Positions 38,004 to 47,286 of a stretch of 64,000 nucleotides of DNA are shown one piece after another. The position numbers and the translations under genes were made by a program. The notes under the pieces were generated by a model. It did no database searches. It saw only the letters and a program-made list of their open reading frames with translations, and was not told the origin of the DNA. How positions within the stretch are numbered: the stretch's first letter is position 1; the number at the start of each line of letters is the position of its first letter. This DNA comes from Polyangiaceae bacterium (lineage in GTDB: Bacteria > Myxococcota_A > Polyangia > Polyangiales > Polyangiaceae): NCBI GenBank assembly GCA_965222375.1, contig CBDCTZ010000016.1, forward strand, positions 2,176,001 to 2,240,000. The letters run 5' to 3'.

Positions 38004-38170
38004 TGCAAAACTCAGAACTTCATCTGACAGTCGGCTCGGCTCATGTCATTGTCCGATTCTGGCGCGACTGTCGACCGCGCGCACTACGCCGCCAGCATCT
38101 TCTCCTTAGCAAGCGGAATGCTGTCGAGGAAAGTTTTTGTTGGTGTCTTTCCGTAGCACCAATGTCTTGC
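38004..38170 (-). mobile_element. IS481-family right-end remnant
   Basis: Encodes WCYGKTPTKTFLDSIPLAKEKMLAA*, resembling an IS481 transposase C-terminus; terminal TGTCAGATGAAGTTCTGAGTTTTGCA. Confidence 0.7.
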
Positions 38171-38207
38171 GGTCGTAGACAGCTTGTAGCCCGTGATTGG
38201 GGACTTG

Positions 38208-38639
38208 TCAGCTCTGGCCGTCGTCGGCCGTGAGCACGTGTCCTGATGTGTTCGCCAGCGGGCCAGCACCGTCGTAGACGAAGCGCATCCCTGCCGCGTC
38301 GAAGGTCACGCCCGCCGGCAGTGGTACGCTGTTGAGCGCGATGGAAAGCGCGTCGCCATCTGCGTCGGTGACGTATTCCGCGATCGAAAAACTCGACACC
38401 ACGCCCTGCGTGAACAAGATCGTTGGAACGGTCGTCCAAACAGGCGCAGTGTTGCCCGCGGTTGCGTCACCGGGTCCGGCGTCCCCGCCCGTTCCGCCCG
38501 CTCCGGCAGCTCCTCCGGTTCCGGCAGCCCCGCCCGGCGTGGCGCCGTCCGAGCCACACCCGACTGCAAGTGCAAATCCGCCGGCCGCTGCGCCGGCAAC
38601 GAACGTGCGCCGTGTCATCTCGTGGTTGTCGCGATTCAT
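38208..38639 (-). CDS. Tat-exported lipoprotein with an Ig-like (He_PIG/cadherin-like) domain
   Basis: TRRTFV Tat motif, AVGC lipobox, NTAPVW..DADGD..LPAGVTFD. Confidence 0.75.
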   Translation of the reverse strand: MNRDNHEMTRRTFVAGAAAGGFALAVGCGSDGATPGGAAGTGGAAGAGGTGGDAGPGDATAGNTAPVWTTVPTILFTQGVVSSFSIAEYVTDADGDALSIALNSVPLPAGVTFDAAGMRFVYDGAGPLANTSGHVLTADDGQS

Positions 38640-38713
38640 GTTGCTCCCTCATCACATCTACCTAGGTTCGTTAGCCCAGTTGATGCTCGTCTTCTGTAGC
38701 GCAACAGCGCAAC

Positions 38714-38728
38714 GCAAAGACTATGCCG
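38714..38728 (-). promoter_or_regulatory. sigma54 -24/-12 promoter
   Basis: Minus strand reads CGGCATAGTCTTTGC upstream of ATG 38639. Confidence 0.6.
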
Positions 38729-38844
38729 CGGCAGCGAGTCCACGTTGGTTGTGCCAAGTCGTTCCGGTCGCCCGAAACGGAGCGACTAGTTTGACGCTGC
38801 GTGGTCACAAACGCCTGGCGAACTTTGGCGGCGGGATCGAAAAG

Positions 38845-38864
38845 TGTCCGACACGTGTCGGACA
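38845..38864. promoter_or_regulatory. Perfect 20-bp palindrome TGTCCGACACGTGTCGGACA
   Basis: Same motif as 15127-15144; lies in a divergent intergenic region. Confidence 0.65.
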
Positions 38865-38976
38865 GTGTTTGCTGTCGGGGCACGCGATCCCGCAGAGGCG
38901 GGCGCGAGCTTTGAGGTTCTAGTACGTCGATACGGCATGCGCCGAGTTTGTTGGTGGTATGATATAGGTGTTGGTT

Positions 38977-40182
38977 ATGCGGATTTCCATGGCATTGGCC
39001 TGTTTCGTGGGCTTCTTAGGATGTGGCGATGGGGGCGGAGAGGCGCCCAATACTGGCGTTGATGCGGGCGGCGGTGCTGGCGTTGGCGCGGGCGGCGGTG
39101 CTGGCGTTGGCGCGGGCGGCGGTGCTGGCGTTGGCGCGGGCGGCGGTGCTGGCGGCGGCGTGGGCGGCGATGCGGGCGTTGATGATTGGCATTCGCGCAG
39201 CACGGCGTCCGGCGTCTTTTACGCGAACAATTTCAATTACGCGGACCGCGCAGCGTACTTGGCAGACGCGCATAGCTATCACTACAGCGAAACAGCGGAC
39301 CAAAAGCCGAAGCTTGACCTCGATACGACCATCAAACTATCGGGTGCGGGTGCATCTCGCCACAACTGGTTTGCGAGCGAGGGAGCGAATGAGGGGGGGC
39401 CCGCATGGAACTTCTCGTTCGATGGCGTCGGCGCAGACACTACGAACACGAAGAAGACGGAATTCTATCTTCAGTACTCAATGTACGTGCACTCCGGCTG
39501 GGTCGACTTCGTGTACACGGATGGCTCTATCAAGACAATGATCATCTTCAATCCGGCGGTGGCGCCCTTTGCGACTGGCGAGATTGTTCAGACCCGAAGC
39601 GGCCGGGGACCATGGCCGACCGGTTTCCGCGTTACCAAGTCCGCCCTCGGCTGGCAGATGGTGTGGTCAACGCCGAGTTTTGTGGACGGCGACGACACCT
39701 ACTACACGTTCTGGGATGGCGGACCGCAATCGGAAAATGGTGAAACAGATCTGACCGACATCAATCTTTTTGAGCGGCGTTGGGGAGTAAGAAGGCGAAA
39801 CCGCGATCCGTCCGATCCGGACTACGCGAACATTCCGAAGTTAGAGGGTGGCAAGTGGTACACGTTTGAGGTCTATGTCAATGTGAACTCGCCGAATTCC
39901 GTGTTCAAGTGCTGGTTCGCTGAACGCGGCCAGCCACCGATTTTGTTGTACGGCTACATGGACATGGGCATCGCTGAAAACACGGACACGTATCGTGGCG
40001 CTCATCTCATCAACAGGGCCGAGAACACTACCGTTTGGGTTCCGCAGGACACCTTCATCAACTTCGATGAAGTAATCGCAAGTGACAATGAAGTTCCGTT
40101 CCCCGGCGGACACGCCTTGCCGAGCTCGGGAACCGTCACACCACCCAACTGGCCCGCGGCGGGCTCGGGGCCGCGGCCATGA
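38977..40182 (+). CDS. Lipoprotein with a lyase/LamG-like beta-sandwich domain
   Basis: Lipobox FLGC, GAGGGAGV repeats, EFYLQYSMY, GKWYTFEVYV, FDEVIAS. Confidence 0.75.
   Translation: MRISMALACFVGFLGCGDGGGEAPNTGVDAGGGAGVGAGGGAGVGAGGGAGVGAGGGAGGGVGGDAGVDDWHSRSTASGVFYANNFNYADRAAYLADAHSYHYSETADQKPKLDLDTTIKLSGAGASRHNWFASEGANEGGPAWNFSFDGVGADTTNTKKTEFYLQYSMYVHSGWVDFVYTDGSIKTMIIFNPAVAPFATGEIVQTRSGRGPWPTGFRVTKSALGWQMVWSTPSFVDGDDTYYTFWDGGPQSENGETDLTDINLFERRWGVRRRNRDPSDPDYANIPKLEGGKWYTFEVYVNVNSPNSVFKCWFAERGQPPILLYGYMDMGIAENTDTYRGAHLINRAENTTVWVPQDTFINFDEVIASDNEVPFPGGHALPSSGTVTPPNWPAAGSGPRP
39064..39159 (+). repeat. 24-bp coding tandem repeat (GCGGGCGGCGGTGCTGGCGTTGGC), about 4 units
   Basis: Directly visible. 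Confidence 0.9.
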
Positions 40183-41348
40183 CAGTCGTGGCCAGTCATC
40201 CGTTTTCGGTATCGGTTGTTGCCGGTGGAGCGGCACCGTCCTGGGTATCACTGATGTCGCTGAACACTTGGTACACGATCGGCGGTAGTAAGCCGGACTT
40301 GAGTTTGTCGCCAACCAACCAGGGCGATGACGTCGATCCGGACCCGGCGCGAGTCGCCCCATACGACGGCACGACAGGCTTCGGCGCTGTATGGGGGGCG
40401 TGGAACTCGGCGGCATACGCGTCGAACCTTGGCAGCGCTGGTTCGCAGCTTCACTACGGCGGCGGGCACAGGGACTACTATGGCAACGGCATTGTTCGTT
40501 TTGATCTGGAGTCCCGTACTTGGTCCATGCTCACTCAACCGTCAGAAGCAGGACCGTTTTCTTCCGGGGCAGACGTGTTGAACGGCTACACGGACGGCAC
40601 GCCATCTCCGCCGCACACCTACAACCATCTGGTGTATCTGAACAATCACCTCATCTGTATGAAAGCGATTTCGAAGATCAATGCGCCAGATATTGGTAGC
40701 GCGTCGGTTCCAATGCCGTGGGCCTACAATACGGTTGCTCAGGTGTGGCGACGCGGCGCCAGAGCATCAGGTATTGGCGCAGACACTCAGGGTTTTTCAT
40801 GCGTCGACACACTCCGAAACGGCGTGTGGATGTGCGATAAGGACAACGGCGACTTTGGATTCTATGAGCCGTTTACCGATAACGGTGACGGGACGTTTGG
40901 ATCGTGGACCGTGTACGCCTCATCGGGGACGTACTCGAGCGGCTCTGAAATGGTCCATGATCCGGTAGAGGACAAGTTGTTCATTCTGGGCAACAGCAAA
41001 CTCTATCGGAAAGACCCCACGGACATGACGGGTGACCGAGTCGCGGTCTCAATGAGCAACACGCCCCCGCTCAACACTGCGAGCATGTTGCAGTACAGCC
41101 CAGTCCTTGGCGGGTTGGTCTACCAGCGAAACGGAACCGGCCACGTCTATCTGGCAACGACTAGTGATGGCTGGGACAGTTGTTCATGGTCAGCGATTAC
41201 GACGAACGAGCAGGGCAAGGATTTCAGTACCTCCAGCGGAACGGCAGGGCTGTACCAGAAATGCCAGCTCTGCAACTTCGGTAGCATCGAGCTACTTGTA
41301 TTTACTGCCAGAAGCGCAACCGATGCTCTTGCTTTGAGGCTGGCGTAG
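40179..41348 (+). CDS. Kelch-like beta-propeller protein
   Basis: GGGHRDYYGN, PSPPHTYNHLVY, repeated FD...TW blades; ATGA coupling to the upstream gene. Confidence 0.7.
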   Translation: MTVVASHPFSVSVVAGGAAPSWVSLMSLNTWYTIGGSKPDLSLSPTNQGDDVDPDPARVAPYDGTTGFGAVWGAWNSAAYASNLGSAGSQLHYGGGHRDYYGNGIVRFDLESRTWSMLTQPSEAGPFSSGADVLNGYTDGTPSPPHTYNHLVYLNNHLICMKAISKINAPDIGSASVPMPWAYNTVAQVWRRGARASGIGADTQGFSCVDTLRNGVWMCDKDNGDFGFYEPFTDNGDGTFGSWTVYASSGTYSSGSEMVHDPVEDKLFILGNSKLYRKDPTDMTGDRVAVSMSNTPPLNTASMLQYSPVLGGLVYQRNGTGHVYLATTSDGWDSCSWSAITTNEQGKDFSTSSGTAGLYQKCQLCNFGSIELLVFTARSATDALALRLA

Positions 41349-41445
41349 AGTAACCCCTCCACGAGCAGCGTAGTGCTTTGAGCTTGCCAGGGTCGGCTAA
41401 GCGGCGGAGGGTGACGCGGGGTGGTGGCCGTGGTTGCTTGGTTGG

Positions 41446-41931
41446 ATGAGACTGCCGCTCGAGGGGACGTTGCTAGAGAAGCTGCGCAAGATCGAGGCTT
41501 TGCACGCCGGGACGAAGGTCGCGGGGGAGCGGGAAGCAGCGCGGCGGGCGGCAGAGCGGATCCGCGGTCGACTTGCGGAGCTGAGAGGCCGTGAGCAAGA
41601 CGAGGTCTTCCGGTACTCGTTGCAGGATCCGTGGAAGCGGAAGTTGTTCTTGGCGCTGTGTCGCCGATACGGACTGAAACCATATCGAGAGCCTGGGCAG
41701 CGCTACAGTACGGTGCTGCTGAAAGCGCCGGAGACGTTCCAGAATCGGACACTGTGGCCAGAGTTCCTCGCACTGTCCGAGGAACTCGACGCGCACCTGC
41801 AAGAGCTGACGGACCGAGTGATCCGGGAGGCGATCGACGACGACGTCAGTGAGGCACCGGACGCGGAGCCCGCGGCGCTGCCCGCAGGTCAACCTGGGAG
41901 CGCTGCAGAGTCGGGCGACGGGGGCAGCTGA
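41446..41931 (+). CDS. Hypothetical protein carried inside the IS66
   Basis: Protein-like 161-aa ORF inside the inverted repeats, convergent with and overlapping the tnpC 3' end. Confidence 0.75.
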   Translation: MRLPLEGTLLEKLRKIEALHAGTKVAGEREAARRAAERIRGRLAELRGREQDEVFRYSLQDPWKRKLFLALCRRYGLKPYREPGQRYSTVLLKAPETFQNRTLWPEFLALSEELDAHLQELTDRVIREAIDDDVSEAPDAEPAALPAGQPGSAAESGDGGS

Positions 41932-43402
41932 GCCGACTCGCCCACGTGGAGTTGTGGGTGAGACGTGAGCATTCGGTCGGGGAGCAGGTCGCGAAGCTTT
42001 TTCTGCGGCCAACCGTCGCCGATCAAGCGAGTCACCAGGTGAAGGTACGCGCGGGGATTGACGTCGTGAGCGATGCAGGTGGCGATGATGGTGAGGATGT
42101 TTGCAGTACGCTTGCCGCCGTCATCGAGCCAGGTAAAGAGCCAGTTTTCTCTTCCGAGAACAAGCCTGCGCAGTTCCCTCTCGCGCCTGTTGTTTGTGAG
42201 CGAGATATTGCCATCTTCGAGAAACAGGATCAGTCGTTTCCACTGGCGATGCAGGTAGCCGAGAGCGCGACCGAGAGGAGTCTTGGGCGGAACGACTTCA
42301 CGCTGCTCGTCGATCCAAGCTCGGAGTGCGTCAACAATCGGCTTACTGTGCTCGCGTCGCCGGGTGAGTCGCTGCTCGGCGGTGTCACCGGCGAGTTTCG
42401 AGTCGCGCTCGATTTTGAAGAGCGGTTTGATGAGGTGCAGTCCGGCGCGAGCAATTTCGTCACCACCGCGGGCGGCCTCGACGAGTCCCCTTCTGGCGTG
42501 CGCCATGCAACCTGGGCGCTTGCCACCGGCGCGCTCGATGCAGTTGGTGACGCTGGTGCCGTCGCACTGGACGACACGGCAGAGGTCGTCATCGAGGAAG
42601 TCGCGCACGCTCTGGGTGTCTCCCCGCGGCGAGTAGAAGAAGCTGACCCAGCACGCGTTGGTCCAGCACCACATGGTGCCCGTCCGAATGCCCTCGAGGA
42701 CACTTGGGTCGAGCACCGGGATCCCAGTTGCATCGGTGCCCAGATAACCGGGAGCGCGGGTCCGTTCGACGATGAGCTGCGCGATGGGCTCGAGCATGTC
42801 GATGTGCGCGCCCACACTGCGTCCGAGAGTCTGCGGCGTGATTTCGACACCCGCGCGGGCAAAGCGCGTGCACTGTCGCTCGATGGGCTGGTGCTCGATG
42901 TACTTGTCGCAGGTCGCCTCGACGATGAGGGAGTCGCCGAGCTTGCCCCGCTCGACGATCGCACCAGGAGGTGCCGCCGAGACGATGGTGTCGTCGCTGG
43001 GGCACGAAACCGTCTCGTCCACGCGTTGCTCGATGTACAGCCGTGCTGGGATCACGTTGATCGTCTCGCATATGGAGTGACCGACCGTCTTCATCTCGGT
43101 GCCGCACAATGGGCACACCCGTAGCTCGGGCGGTACGGGGTTGGGCACGGGGATCCGTGGAATGTGCTTGGGGAACTTCCCTCGTCCACCCCCGCCGCGG
43201 CGCCTCTTGTTCTTCGGTGAGTCGGAGTCATCCGTCTTGCGCTTCGCCTTCTTGGGAGCGACCAGGCCCTCCAGAGGCAAGACAAGCTGGCGTTCCAGGC
43301 GCTCCAGGGTCTCGGAGCGTGGACGCTTGCGAGTGAGATGTGCGACCCGGGCGACGAGCCGAGCGTTGAGGTCGCGCATGCGGCCAAGCAGCCCAAGGAC
43401 CG
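41889..43402 (-). pseudogene. tnpC: IS66 DDE transposase TnpC lacking its N-terminus
   Basis: RSE, CPLCG Zn-finger, TDATG, QCDG, CMAHARR, TNNRREREL, GRENWLF; no native start codon. Confidence 0.85.
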
Positions 43403-43666
43403 CGCAGTGAAGGTGCCGTCCGGCGAGAGACTTGGGCGAAATCTCCCGCGCTCGAGACGTTTCGTCCACATGGCGATGCCGTCCCGATCCCAGTACACGA
43501 TGCGGACGCGGTCACAGCGTTTGGTGAAGAAGGTGAACAAGTGCCCGCTGAACGGATCGTAGGCGAGCACATCGCGCACCAGTACCATGAGGCTGTCCGG
43601 GCCCTTGCGCCCATCGATGGGCTGGGTGGCCACGAACAGTCGCACGCTGGGCGGCAGGCTCAGCAT
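43403..43666 (-). pseudogene. tnpB: IS66 accessory TnpB, C-terminally truncated
   Basis: PIDGRKG, GHLFTF, YWDRDG..KRLERGRF; lacks the usual C-terminal LILEGID-like helix. Confidence 0.85.
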
Positions 43667-44004
43667 TCGAGCTGCTCCAGGGCACAGAGCAAGCGCTGCA
43701 GCGCTCGCTCGTCCAGGCTGGCCGGAAACCGCAGCACGCGCCCGGACAGAAGCACGAGCTCGAGCTGGGCCGCAGCCGCCAAACCCGAGGCAGACAACTC
43801 GACAAACTTGGCGCCCCTCTTCCCACGCGGCTTCTTCCCCTGACGCTCACGCCACCAATACAGCCGCTGAGCGTTGATCCCCTCGCGCTGGGCAAACCTG
43901 CGCACCGACAGGCCCGAGGCTTCGAGCCGGTGGAGCACTTCCAGGGCCTCTTGATCGGTCCACCGTTGACGCTTCCCACGCACCCCTCGTTTCGCTTTCG
44001 CCAT
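43660..44004 (-). CDS. tnpA: IS66 accessory TnpA (HTH)
   Basis: SGLSVRRFAQREGI..LYWWR, FVEL, ELVL..GRVLR. Confidence 0.9.
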   Translation of the reverse strand: MAKAKRGVRGKRQRWTDQEALEVLHRLEASGLSVRRFAQREGINAQRLYWWRERQGKKPRGKRGAKFVELSASGLAAAAQLELVLLSGRVLRFPASLDERALQRLLCALEQLEC

Positions 44005-44064
44005 GCACGCTCTCCTGCCATCCGGCAGGCACTACCGTCCAGGCGTCCTACGTGGAGGGGTTAC

Positions 44065-44192
44065 TCTTCAGCTGCTTGGCTCTAGGGTGCGTGTTCCTGT
44101 TTTGGAGCAACCGCCAGCTCCGTCAGGGTACGCTCTACGGTTTTATCGCTTCCGTGGCCGTGGGAACGCTCTACCAATTCATGCTGCTGTGA
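44065..44192 (+). pseudogene. 3' fragment of a membrane protein cut by the IS66
   Basis: Frame FSCLALGCVFLFW...GTLYGFIASVAVGTLYQFMLL* abuts the inverted repeat. Confidence 0.4.
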
Positions 44193-44319
44193 GCCGCGTC
44201 CCGCCAGATCGGCGCAGCCTGCCTCCTCCTGCTCAATGTCAACAGTGATAACATTGGCTGCCTGGGCGCGATTGCGGGGTTTTTGAGCGAACGGCTGCCC
44301 TCGTGCTAACCCACCGGGG

Positions 44320-46593
44320 ATGGGACGGGTTTCGCTGGTCGCCCTCGGGCCTCTTCTGCTGCTCGCGTGTACGCGCACTCAGCCGGGCTCGGCCGCCGAA
44401 CCCGATGGCGCGCCGGGTCTGACTCGAGCCATACCCAGCGCGAAGCGTGCGGCCACTCAAGCCAGCGGGGTGCTCGATGACAAGAAGCCCTTGGGGGATT
44501 GGGTCCAGCTCGTGCGCATGCACAAGTATGCTGACGCCGCCAAGAGCATCGATGCGCTTTCGAAGAAAGAAAGGGCGCGCCCTGAAGTGCGTTACGTGCG
44601 CGCCGTGGTTGCTGCCAAGCTCGGCAAGCACGCTCGCGCCGTCACGGAGCTCGATGGGGTCAAGCTGCCCCTGCTCGCAGCGGACATCGAAGAGCTGCGC
44701 GCAGCAAGCGCGCTAGAAGCGGGCCCCTTCGAGTTGGCGGCGGTGCACTACGGTCAGCGCCCGGATGCCGCGTCGCTGACCAAGAGTGCCACCGGCTTCG
44801 AGCGCGCCAAGCAATTGGGCAAGGCCCGTATCGCGGCGGATCGCGCGGTGCGCGCTGCGACGCGCAAGAAGAAGAAGAAGCGCAAGTCGGCCGAAGCTGA
44901 AGCCCGTGCCGTGCGCGCACGGATCGCCGAAGCCAAGGGGGACACCAGCACCGCTGTCGCGGATTTGCGCTGGCTCGCTGTGCACGCGCCCACCAGTTCC
45001 GCTGCTGACGGTGTAGACGCCAAGCTCGCGAAACTCGCGCCACCCAGAGCGCTGAGCAAGAAGGAGCGCTACGCCCGCGCATTGGCGCTGGCGTCCATTG
45101 GCGCCGTCGACAAGGTGGATCGAGAACTATCCGCCCTGGAACGTGCTCCCGGTAACAAGCCGAAATCCGCCAACGTCCTGCACGCCCGAGGCTGGGCCCT
45201 GTACATCGCGCGTCGCGACTACGCGAAGGCTGCGGAAATCCTGGAGCAAGCCAGCAAACAGGGCGGAAAGTTCGCCGTCAAAGACCTGTTCTACGCGGCG
45301 CGCTCGCGCTCACGGGCGCATCAGGATGACAAGGCCATCGTCATGTACGAACGCTTGGCCAGGCGCTTTCCGCGCTCTGGCTATGCCGAGCAGGCGCGCT
45401 ACCTGGCCGCCCGCTTGCGCTACATCGGTGGCAAGTGGGGCGAAGCGGCCAATGCCTACGGTCGCTACTTGAAGCGCCACAAGAAGCGTGGGCGCTTCGT
45501 GAAGAGTGCGACCTACGAGCGCGCGGTTTCTTGGCTGGCCGCGGGTCGGAACGCCCGGGCGGCGGGGGCGTTCAAGGCCATGGCCGACGCGACGGATCAT
45601 CCGCGCAAAAGTGCGCGCTACGGCGAGCTGCGCGCCGTGGCCTTGGCGGCTTCGGGCAAGAAGAAGGTCGCGAGTGCGGCCTTCCGAGAAGTGGTCCGAG
45701 ACTTCCCGCTCTCGTTTCCTGCGCTGGCGGCAACTGCGAGGCTGCAGCAGATGGGCGAATCCTTGCCGGTTCCCATCGAGCCCGCGGCGGCTGCCAAAGC
45801 TGCCGTGCCAATCCAGGTGAAGCTGCCCGACAAGGTGCGGCTGCTCGTTCGAGTGGGGCTCGATACCGAAGCCGAGCGCAGTTTGAGGCGGCACGAAGAC
45901 CGCATTCGACGCCAGCATGCGCCACGCGGTGACGAGGCCCTGTGCCGTGCCTACGGAACCCTCTCCAGCGCGAGCCGGCGTTACCGCGTCGGGCAACGGG
46001 CCGCGCAATGGAGCGCACTGAAGCGAGCTCCGGATGGCAACAATCGCTGGCTGTGGGACTGCATTTATCCGCGCCCCTATCAGACTCTGGTGCGAGACGC
46101 CGAGAAGAGCTTTCGGCTGCCTCCAGATTTCATCTACGCCATCATGCGCCAGGAGAGTGCGTTTGCGCCGGGTGTGGTGTCGCCGGCCCGGGCCGTGGGG
46201 CTGATGCAGTTGATCCCGCCGACCGCGCGCAGCGTCGCCAAAGAGCTGGAGATGCCCTACGACCCGCTCGCGTTATACAGCCCGCCCGTGAACATCAAGA
46301 TGGGCGCGTACTACTTGTCCAAGGTACTCGGCACTTTCGGAGGCAACGTGGCCCTGGCTGCGGCGGCTTACAATGCCGGGCCCAACGCAGTCTCGCGCTG
46401 GCTGGAATCTGGCGAAGCGCTGCCTTTGGATATCTGGGTCGCGCGGATCCCCTACTCGGAGACCCGCGGTTACGTAACCCGCGTGGTCGGCAACATCGCG
46501 CGCTACGCCTACCTGACCGGTGGTGAGAGTCAGATCCCGAAGCTCGATCTGGCGCTTCCCAAGGGATTGCGCGCGCCCGACGACGCCTACTGA
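44320..46593 (+). CDS. TPR-containing soluble lytic transglycosylase (Slt70-like) lipoprotein
   Basis: Lipobox LLAC, TPRs, IMRQESAF, GLMQL, AAYNAG, ETRGYV. Confidence 0.93.
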   Translation: MGRVSLVALGPLLLLACTRTQPGSAAEPDGAPGLTRAIPSAKRAATQASGVLDDKKPLGDWVQLVRMHKYADAAKSIDALSKKERARPEVRYVRAVVAAKLGKHARAVTELDGVKLPLLAADIEELRAASALEAGPFELAAVHYGQRPDAASLTKSATGFERAKQLGKARIAADRAVRAATRKKKKKRKSAEAEARAVRARIAEAKGDTSTAVADLRWLAVHAPTSSAADGVDAKLAKLAPPRALSKKERYARALALASIGAVDKVDRELSALERAPGNKPKSANVLHARGWALYIARRDYAKAAEILEQASKQGGKFAVKDLFYAARSRSRAHQDDKAIVMYERLARRFPRSGYAEQARYLAARLRYIGGKWGEAANAYGRYLKRHKKRGRFVKSATYERAVSWLAAGRNARAAGAFKAMADATDHPRKSARYGELRAVALAASGKKKVASAAFREVVRDFPLSFPALAATARLQQMGESLPVPIEPAAAAKAAVPIQVKLPDKVRLLVRVGLDTEAERSLRRHEDRIRRQHAPRGDEALCRAYGTLSSASRRYRVGQRAAQWSALKRAPDGNNRWLWDCIYPRPYQTLVRDAEKSFRLPPDFIYAIMRQESAFAPGVVSPARAVGLMQLIPPTARSVAKELEMPYDPLALYSPPVNIKMGAYYLSKVLGTFGGNVALAAAAYNAGPNAVSRWLESGEALPLDIWVARIPYSETRGYVTRVVGNIARYAYLTGGESQIPKLDLALPKGLRAPDDAY

Positions 46594-46714
46594 GCGAGCG
46601 CCCTTTGCGGCGGATGGAAACGTGCGGACGAGCACGAGCACCGAGTCCCGAGCCGTCAATCGTCAAACAGTGCAAATCCTGCTGAAAACGGACCCAATCT
46701 GAACATTCGCTACC

Positions 46715-46734
46715 CATGTAGGTTCATGTAGGTT
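46715..46734 (+). promoter_or_regulatory. Tandem 10-bp direct repeat CATGTAGGTT x2
   Basis: One helical-turn period, 30 nt upstream of the PilZ gene. Confidence 0.45.
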
Positions 46735-46764
46735 ACACTCGGACTGCAATCAGGTCAGACCCCC

Positions 46765-47184
46765 ATGAAGCCCCCACGCCCCTCCAAAAGCCGCCGAGGT
46801 ACTCTGTACAGCCTGAGCGAGACCGCCCTGCTCAGTAAGAAGCGCTCACCGGATGAGCGTCGTGTGTTCGAGCGCCACGAGGTCGGCTTCCCGGTTCGGC
46901 TGGAAAACCAAGACGGCGACTTCTTGGGCGTGTGCACCAACTACTCCCGCCGGGGGCTGCTGTTCCTAGCGCCTCACCGAATGCACCTCGGCTCTCGCAT
47001 CCAAGTGGAGCTGCCCCTCGGGGGCACTGGCTCGGCATCGATCTGGCTCGAGGTCCTGCTCATGCGTATCAAGTGCGATCCAACGCATCCGCTGTTCAAG
47101 TTCCCCACGGCAGCGATGATCAAGTCGCACATGCCGGCCCTGGTGCATGAGGCGGTGCTGCGCGCGCATCGCCGCGCGGCTTGA
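46765..47184 (+). CDS. PilZ-domain protein
   Basis: RVFER (RxxxR) and NYSRRG (NxSxxG) c-di-GMP motifs. Confidence 0.8.
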   Translation: MKPPRPSKSRRGTLYSLSETALLSKKRSPDERRVFERHEVGFPVRLENQDGDFLGVCTNYSRRGLLFLAPHRMHLGSRIQVELPLGGTGSASIWLEVLLMRIKCDPTHPLFKFPTAAMIKSHMPALVHEAVLRAHRRAA

Positions 47185-47286
47185 ACCGCAAGACGATTCC
47201 CGGGCGCTGAGACGCCGTTGCAGAGCCGTCCCAATTCCGCCCAGGGGTGTGTTTGGGAAGATCGAGCGCCGCGCGCACCGCACAAA

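Larger units (their letters stand above)
41350..44064 (-). mobile_element. IS66-family element with a passenger gene and an internal deletion
   Basis: Terminal inverted repeats GTAACCCCTCCACG (41350-63) / CGTGGAGGGGTTAC (44051-64); tnpA-tnpB-tnpC on the minus strand. Confidence 0.92.

Noticed and set aside
41946..43124. 392-aa plus-strand ORF inside the IS66
   Set aside because: Antisense shadow of tnpC.
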